In this document: piece after piece, positions 59,901 to 64,000 of the stretch
How the letters are laid out: every line of letters starts with the position of its first letter
Position numbering within the stretch: position 1 is the stretch's first letter
Source: a virus
DNA length: 64,000 nt
Reading direction: 5' to 3' (one strand)
Virus record (IMG/VR): IMGVR_UViG_3300032223_002232
Location: 1 to 64,000 of that record
Position numbers and translations under genes: made by a program
The notes under the pieces: model-generated
The model's database searches: none
The model's input: the letters and a program-made list of their open reading frames with translations, nothing else
What the model was told of the DNA's origin: nothing

Positions 59901-60643
59901 GCTGGATTATAATTGCTTGAAAAATTAGAAGGTAGAACTTGAACACCCATTCTTGTTCTTGATGCACATACAGAATAATTTAACGTATATGTTGCATCTA
60001 ATAAATTAGATAATGAACACAATTGAGGAACATTACTAACATAATTTTTATGAATTGGATATGCATCTTTTTCAAAACTATTTGAGGAAACAAATATAGC
60101 ACTCCAAGCCATGATTTTTGTAGTAGTTGATAAATTCCAATATCCTGTGTTTATATCCTTTTTAAGTGTTGTTGGATTTAAAAATAATCTATTTGGATAT
60201 AACAAATAACCATAACAATCATTTATATTTGGATCATTTTGAATATAAAAAACTTGAAACTCTTGTGGAGTTTTATATTTTTGTCTTAATGCTGATATGT
60301 TAAAATAAGATGTTGAATATGCATTTAACTGAATAGTATTTAAATCTTCGGCATAAAAAATATTTGAATTTGTTTTAAAATTAGCATTTGAAGAAAGATA
60401 TGTATTACTTGTAGTTGCATCATAATAAAGTATTGCTGATGTATTTTTAGGATTAAGAATATCAACATTTAAGAAATCTAAAATTTCATTAGAAGGTCTT
60501 TTTTGATATCTAAGGATATTAGTAAATAAAAAATCACGATTTGTTAAATTAAAGTAATCAACATTGACAGCAGATTTATACTGTTCATTAGGATAAGGAA
60601 CATCATTAAATAAGCTTATGTTGTATGCTTGTATGTAACTCAT
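56942..60643 (-). CDS. Large virion structural protein, beta-rich, function unknown
   Basis: 1233 aa, Ser/Thr/Asn-rich; TAAATA at 60653-60658. Confidence 0.7.
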   Translation of the reverse strand: MSYIQAYNISLFNDVPYPNEQYKSAVNVDYFNLTNRDFLFTNILRYQKRPSNEILDFLNVDILNPKNTSAILYYDATTSNTYLSSNANFKTNSNIFYAEDLNTIQLNAYSTSYFNISALRQKYKTPQEFQVFYIQNDPNINDCYGYLLYPNRLFLNPTTLKKDINTGYWNLSTTTKIMAWSAIFVSSNSFEKDAYPIHKNYVSNVPQLCSLSNLLDATYTLNYSVCASRTRMGVQVLPSNFSSNYNPAVYATQFETDTVKVNPDSTFISYSASFINPNGNKVIISQQHPYSYLAAASYTFTTSYITNYDPTVNTIQEYQLIQYPSTPSLPLGAESNAILKCKLDLSNSKFTFDNSSNAATGVSNSNIYFDYIADALNINGSPAIGTFNSIKIGSTPYTINSDVLATTVSNNTMSWVSTYPPHYYTYKTRLNTSDGNYLDSFNLNFYLKTSALNTAATDGVSYALNLQLSSFIVSDYNALVYDLYNNTKTNEQIKYTITNINNYTALNSVSAYYGPSNTYYDLKNPAWIPATTGSYLNIVYSPLYGEIDFAIRASLKGDFGILDAFEETSAVLARQHTETNNGTTLFLDILKEESNLIIVDSSFNTNAIAWPSRDLTNSKISWSVSPYASYVQLYSVNTDTKKFIRYITNGEELDFDPTTETLAVSGYGPQQTTISLSSQKYNEIASVTTNTSLFDYFGEGVFSVTPVGQLNNLERVRSIDLKLQVPYQGRLYDIPQFLNTPIYWTWTYDDNIDPLTQPISAYEPLNNNIFYNYAASTNYALVSTIRIKVLPDIDIKPIIHSVTVTANSDVRVPAVTGSFTFNVDAFPDKTTLNSDFKTYYKNYSSIEIGDTFNGLNTITRAASGDLSFLLVDDSQFLFKIKYQNKAWMLTNLNTNSTQLLDNQNHIINVDSNILGLSSYKITLKLDSAIAQGWTSAHNVSAEEYFYAIDPIEFYKPLDFILYPEYAWINNSPTLTFLNPSNYTLSFRPSAYGNKKNNTQSFWLSANKNSYISYIYTNTNNSYTSTLSSSFDIMDIAYDPQDISIYTGIPISLQCYNLTTYPISMGTTYYAPTAGALNLFTFNNYAITQDYNDNNELNFHLSPTIIPYNDLSLNHIIDTKIIDIDLSRSVTITQTLCTIPQNCPAVVVGGTVTYFLSSEFWTASSTVPALNGTYNIFNLSYGDPAIPLFTGLAGLDRYYLYATTNVIQQIPATTFPLGSADYTGNTDLWSQITL

Positions 60644-60673
60644 GTTTAATAATATTTAGGTGCAAACAACAGA

Positions 60674-63600
60674 TTATGCAAGTGTTGTTGGGAAAACACC
60701 CAATCCTCTGTATAAATCATAAGAAAATAACCTATCTATGGTTTTTTCATTTGCAACCCATTGATAATTACTGGATAATGATTTGTTTATACTTGTTTGT
60801 TTATTGTTCCAATCAATTATACCATCGACCTGAGTATTATTAAAATTTGGAATAAATTCAAAGAATTCGTAGTAACCTTGCCATGCTCCACCAGTTGGGC
60901 CATTTAAATTCAAATAGTCAACAAGTAATTCAAGTGGATATGATGATAAACTGTTAATATAACCAGTATTTACTAATTCAAATTTATTTAATGATTTTGT
61001 TTTTAACACTATAGGTGTACCTGCACTTACTTGATATGTTGATGAATTTAGCGGTTCACCTCTATTGAAAATACCATCGGGTGATGATGTTGCAAAATTA
61101 TTTTGATCAAATGAATTTGACCCCCATAAAATTGATTGATTAATACTCAATATATCCATTAATCTTTTCATACTTGATGGGTAATATAATTTATAATCAT
61201 TTGTATTTTCATTTACAGCATTTGCTAAACTGTATAACTGATCAATATTACATGTATCTACATCAGAATTGTTAATTACAAAATTTGAAATTTTTTCATA
61301 TGCATTGACACCTAAATCACTATGTTTAAATGGTGCTGAACCGAATATAGTTGGTAAAAATTTATTATAAAGATAAACACTCTCTTGTAAAACTGGCATA
61401 AATGAATAACTTTTCATCTGGTCAGATAAATCAAAATTTTCATTAATTTTGAATAAATCTAACCTTGCATTTAAATATGAATTTGTTGTATTTTCTTGAG
61501 TTTGAACTAAAATTTGTTTAAAATCATTTGTTTCTAAATATTTGTAAAAAGTATTAACTAAGAAAGCGTCTTCACTAACAAGACCTGATGATGAAACTGC
61601 ATAGAAATCTAATGCTGTTGATTTACCAGATAATTGAATAGTTTTTAAATTTGATTTATCATCTTTTAAAATATAATCGTTTAATATTGAATACTTGTTA
61701 TTCCACCTCATTGATGTCCAATCACCATAAGCTTGAGCCGATTTATTCCATTGATTAATTTCAACTTCAGTTGAACCATCTTCAGTTTTATTCCAAAATA
61801 CTTTACCTTGTGGGTTTACATAGAATTTATCAACAAAAGTTCTAGTTTTACTATTAAAAATATAAACTCTATTTTCAACTGAATTTACAATATAGATAAA
61901 TCCTCTTGTATCACAAGCTATACCTTCTAATGCAGTATCATCAGTGTTCTGTTCTGGTATTATTGAAGGATATGGTGCATATTTTGATAAGTCACTATAA
62001 TCTAAAACATTAAATGTAGAAACTAAAGATGTAGTTGTATCAATATACCCAACTCTACTATAGCTATATGTAAACCACGGATTTTGATTTATATCAATCG
62101 TTAAATTATTAATACCTCTTATTGAATTAAAAGAACTTAATAATAAACCATTGGTATCTCTTTTTTCAAGAGTTCCTTTAGAATCCCAAATATTATTTGA
62201 TAGTGCTACCCATATGTTATCATTTGCATCAACAACAATATCTTGTGGACAAGAACATACTGGATAACTTATAGTTGTTAAAATATTACCATTAGTATCA
62301 TATTTTATTAATAAACCGCTTACATAATTTGAATAAGTTACCCATACATTGTTTTGTGTATCAGTATCAATATATGTTGGTTCTATGAAATTTTCAAAAC
62401 CATCATCATGTATATATGATTCATTTTCATTATACCAATCTGAATTTATATTAGGAACTTGATTTTGTATCGAACTTAATGGACTTACTGCAAATTTAAA
62501 ATTTCCAGCACTATCAAATTTTAAAACTGATAATGTATCATATAATGTCATCCAAATGTTTTGATCACCATCTAATACTATAGATGCTGGTGAAATAGCA
62601 TTAGTAACATAATGTTCAAGATTATTTTTATCAATAACTTTGTTTATATTTATTGCATTTAATATTTCACCATTTGAAGAAAATTTATAAAGATAATTTA
62701 ATTCACCATCACAAGCCCAAGCTTGATAATACGGTGATGGTAAAGCTGCAATACTATTAATGCCATGATAGCCCACTGTATTGAATGATCCTTTATTGTT
62801 AAAATCTGGATCAATAACAACTGGAACTTCAAAATTAAAAATTTGTATTTTCGGTAAACTTTTTAAATCTAAATCTGGGAAATTTTGAATAAAGTTATAT
62901 TCAAATAACGCCATTAAACCTGCATTTGGATTTGATATCCAAAGTTTTGGCATATATGTATTACCATTCAAAGGTGGAATACTAACAGTAGCTTTTGCAG
63001 TTAATGTTACAGATAACGTTGTTATTTTTGGCGCATAAAAATAATTTTTATTATAACCAGAACTTAAATAGTTGTCATTGTTTTTATATGTTATGTATTT
63101 AGGATCTAAAAATGATGATTGTATTGTGGGGTTATAACATTCTATGTATACTGGATTATCATCTTGTGAATATGGATTAGATTTGCAAAAGTTTGATTCG
63201 TATGCATATGGGGTTATACCATTACCATCTAATTCAATAGAACTATATTTTTTATTCCAATTTAAAGAAAAAACAATTGGCTGTTTAACATAATACCATC
63301 TTGGATTTATAAAATCTCTAATTCCATTTTCAGAAATTTTTATATAGTCTGGTGGTCTATATGTAAAAACGTGTGGTTGGTATGCTATGGTTTTACTATT
63401 ACTAAAATTTGTAGAAAGTATATGATCTGATTGAGAATCGAAATATTGAATTCCACTTATAGCTAAAGTTGCAACTATTGTACTATATGGTTTGTTATTG
63501 CATAATAAATCAAAATTAAACCAATCATCTACAAAGTAAAATTCCGCATAGCCACTAACACCAATAAAATTTCCACTAATAGTATTTATATATCCATTAT

Positions 63601-63889
63601 CATCAAGAAATAATCTAGTATCAATAGTTTTGACTGTATCAATTTTATTTTGATTTAAATCTAAAAATTTGCATTCTGGTCTTAAAAATGACCATTTACT
63701 TGGTTTTAATTGTGTATCATATGATTTAGAATATAATGATGTTAAACTAATAATATGATCATTGTCATTAGATGAGGTTATTATGACCCTAAATGGATAA
63801 CGATTTAAATGACCAGCAAAGGTTGGTGGAGGTGTGTAATCAAAATATATTGATTCATTCAATAATGTTGGTGTCGGAAGAGCTTGCAT
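60674..63889 (-). CDS. Large structural protein with beta-propeller repeats, baseplate-associated candidate
   Basis: Repeated P..I..D...N(I/V)W(V/M) blades (SPASIVLDGDQNIWM, PQDIVVDANDNIWV). Confidence 0.7.
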   Translation of the reverse strand: MQALPTPTLLNESIYFDYTPPPTFAGHLNRYPFRVIITSSNDNDHIISLTSLYSKSYDTQLKPSKWSFLRPECKFLDLNQNKIDTVKTIDTRLFLDDNGYINTISGNFIGVSGYAEFYFVDDWFNFDLLCNNKPYSTIVATLAISGIQYFDSQSDHILSTNFSNSKTIAYQPHVFTYRPPDYIKISENGIRDFINPRWYYVKQPIVFSLNWNKKYSSIELDGNGITPYAYESNFCKSNPYSQDDNPVYIECYNPTIQSSFLDPKYITYKNNDNYLSSGYNKNYFYAPKITTLSVTLTAKATVSIPPLNGNTYMPKLWISNPNAGLMALFEYNFIQNFPDLDLKSLPKIQIFNFEVPVVIDPDFNNKGSFNTVGYHGINSIAALPSPYYQAWACDGELNYLYKFSSNGEILNAININKVIDKNNLEHYVTNAISPASIVLDGDQNIWMTLYDTLSVLKFDSAGNFKFAVSPLSSIQNQVPNINSDWYNENESYIHDDGFENFIEPTYIDTDTQNNVWVTYSNYVSGLLIKYDTNGNILTTISYPVCSCPQDIVVDANDNIWVALSNNIWDSKGTLEKRDTNGLLLSSFNSIRGINNLTIDINQNPWFTYSYSRVGYIDTTTSLVSTFNVLDYSDLSKYAPYPSIIPEQNTDDTALEGIACDTRGFIYIVNSVENRVYIFNSKTRTFVDKFYVNPQGKVFWNKTEDGSTEVEINQWNKSAQAYGDWTSMRWNNKYSILNDYILKDDKSNLKTIQLSGKSTALDFYAVSSSGLVSEDAFLVNTFYKYLETNDFKQILVQTQENTTNSYLNARLDLFKINENFDLSDQMKSYSFMPVLQESVYLYNKFLPTIFGSAPFKHSDLGVNAYEKISNFVINNSDVDTCNIDQLYSLANAVNENTNDYKLYYPSSMKRLMDILSINQSILWGSNSFDQNNFATSSPDGIFNRGEPLNSSTYQVSAGTPIVLKTKSLNKFELVNTGYINSLSSYPLELLVDYLNLNGPTGGAWQGYYEFFEFIPNFNNTQVDGIIDWNNKQTSINKSLSSNYQWVANEKTIDRLFSYDLYRGLGVFPTTLA

Positions 63890-63890
63890 T

Positions 63891-64000
63891 TTAGAAATCC
63901 GTTATCTGTATTACACCAGTAGGTTCTATAACATTGATTCTTGATATTAAATTATCTACATTATTAAATATAGGGTATTGGAAATATTGTAATTGATAAT
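63891..64000 (-). CDS. C-terminal fragment of upstream structural gene (...YFQYPIFNNVDNLISRINVIEPTGVIQITDF)
   Basis: Open frame from the window edge to TAA at 63891-63893, 1 nt before the next ATG. Confidence 0.7.
   Translation of the reverse strand, partial: YQLQYFQYPIFNNVDNLISRINVIEPTGVIQITDF

Noticed and set aside
5980-60843. Numerous 60-140 aa ORFs nested in or antisense to large genes (e.g. 5980-6186, 25941-26309, 32616-33035, 48927-49127)
   Set aside because: Alternative-frame products of Gln-, Gly- or Thr-rich coding sequence, with no promoter or motif support
1-64000. Stop-codon reassignment
   Set aside because: Code 11 already gives dense, uninterrupted long ORFs; TAA and TGA end many genes and TAG ends 11554-12162

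Overview
This AT-rich window (about 30% GC by eye, standard genetic code) is best read as part of a large T4-like (jumbo) tailed-phage genome. (1) 1-6718 is an early/accessory region of small minus-strand genes: DUF2061-like protein, metallophosphoesterase, HAD phosphatase and pyrimidine-dimer glycosylase-like protein. Eight near-identical sigma70-type promoter repeats (TTGACA-N17-TAGAAT) punctuate 123-2482, most placed so that transcripts would be leaderless. An unannotated ~115-nt structured RNA candidate lies at 2992-3106. (2) 6779-15949 is a plus-strand block: vWA-containing structural protein, fibre adaptor, RCC1/Pro-Thr/delta-60-like protein and a GT17-like glycosyltransferase. (3) 15946-24320 is a minus-strand glycosylation cluster: TylF-HtrL-GT fusion, methyltransferase-GT fusion, GT31-like, GT47-like and GT60-like enzymes. 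(4) 24317-64000 is a late structural module with T4-type TA(TA)AATA promoters: ferritin-like protein, three tandem fibre paralogues, split-LamG protein, S8 protease, a ~2530-aa protein with a ~1250-aa Thr/Pro stalk beside its stalk-less paralogue, and further fibres and propeller proteins. The leading hypothesis is a phage-encoded mucin-type O-glycosylation system acting on Thr/Pro-rich virion proteins. Also notable are apparent CCWGG avoidance and near-absence of CG in the promoter-repeat region. All family calls are by motif recognition; no searches were run.
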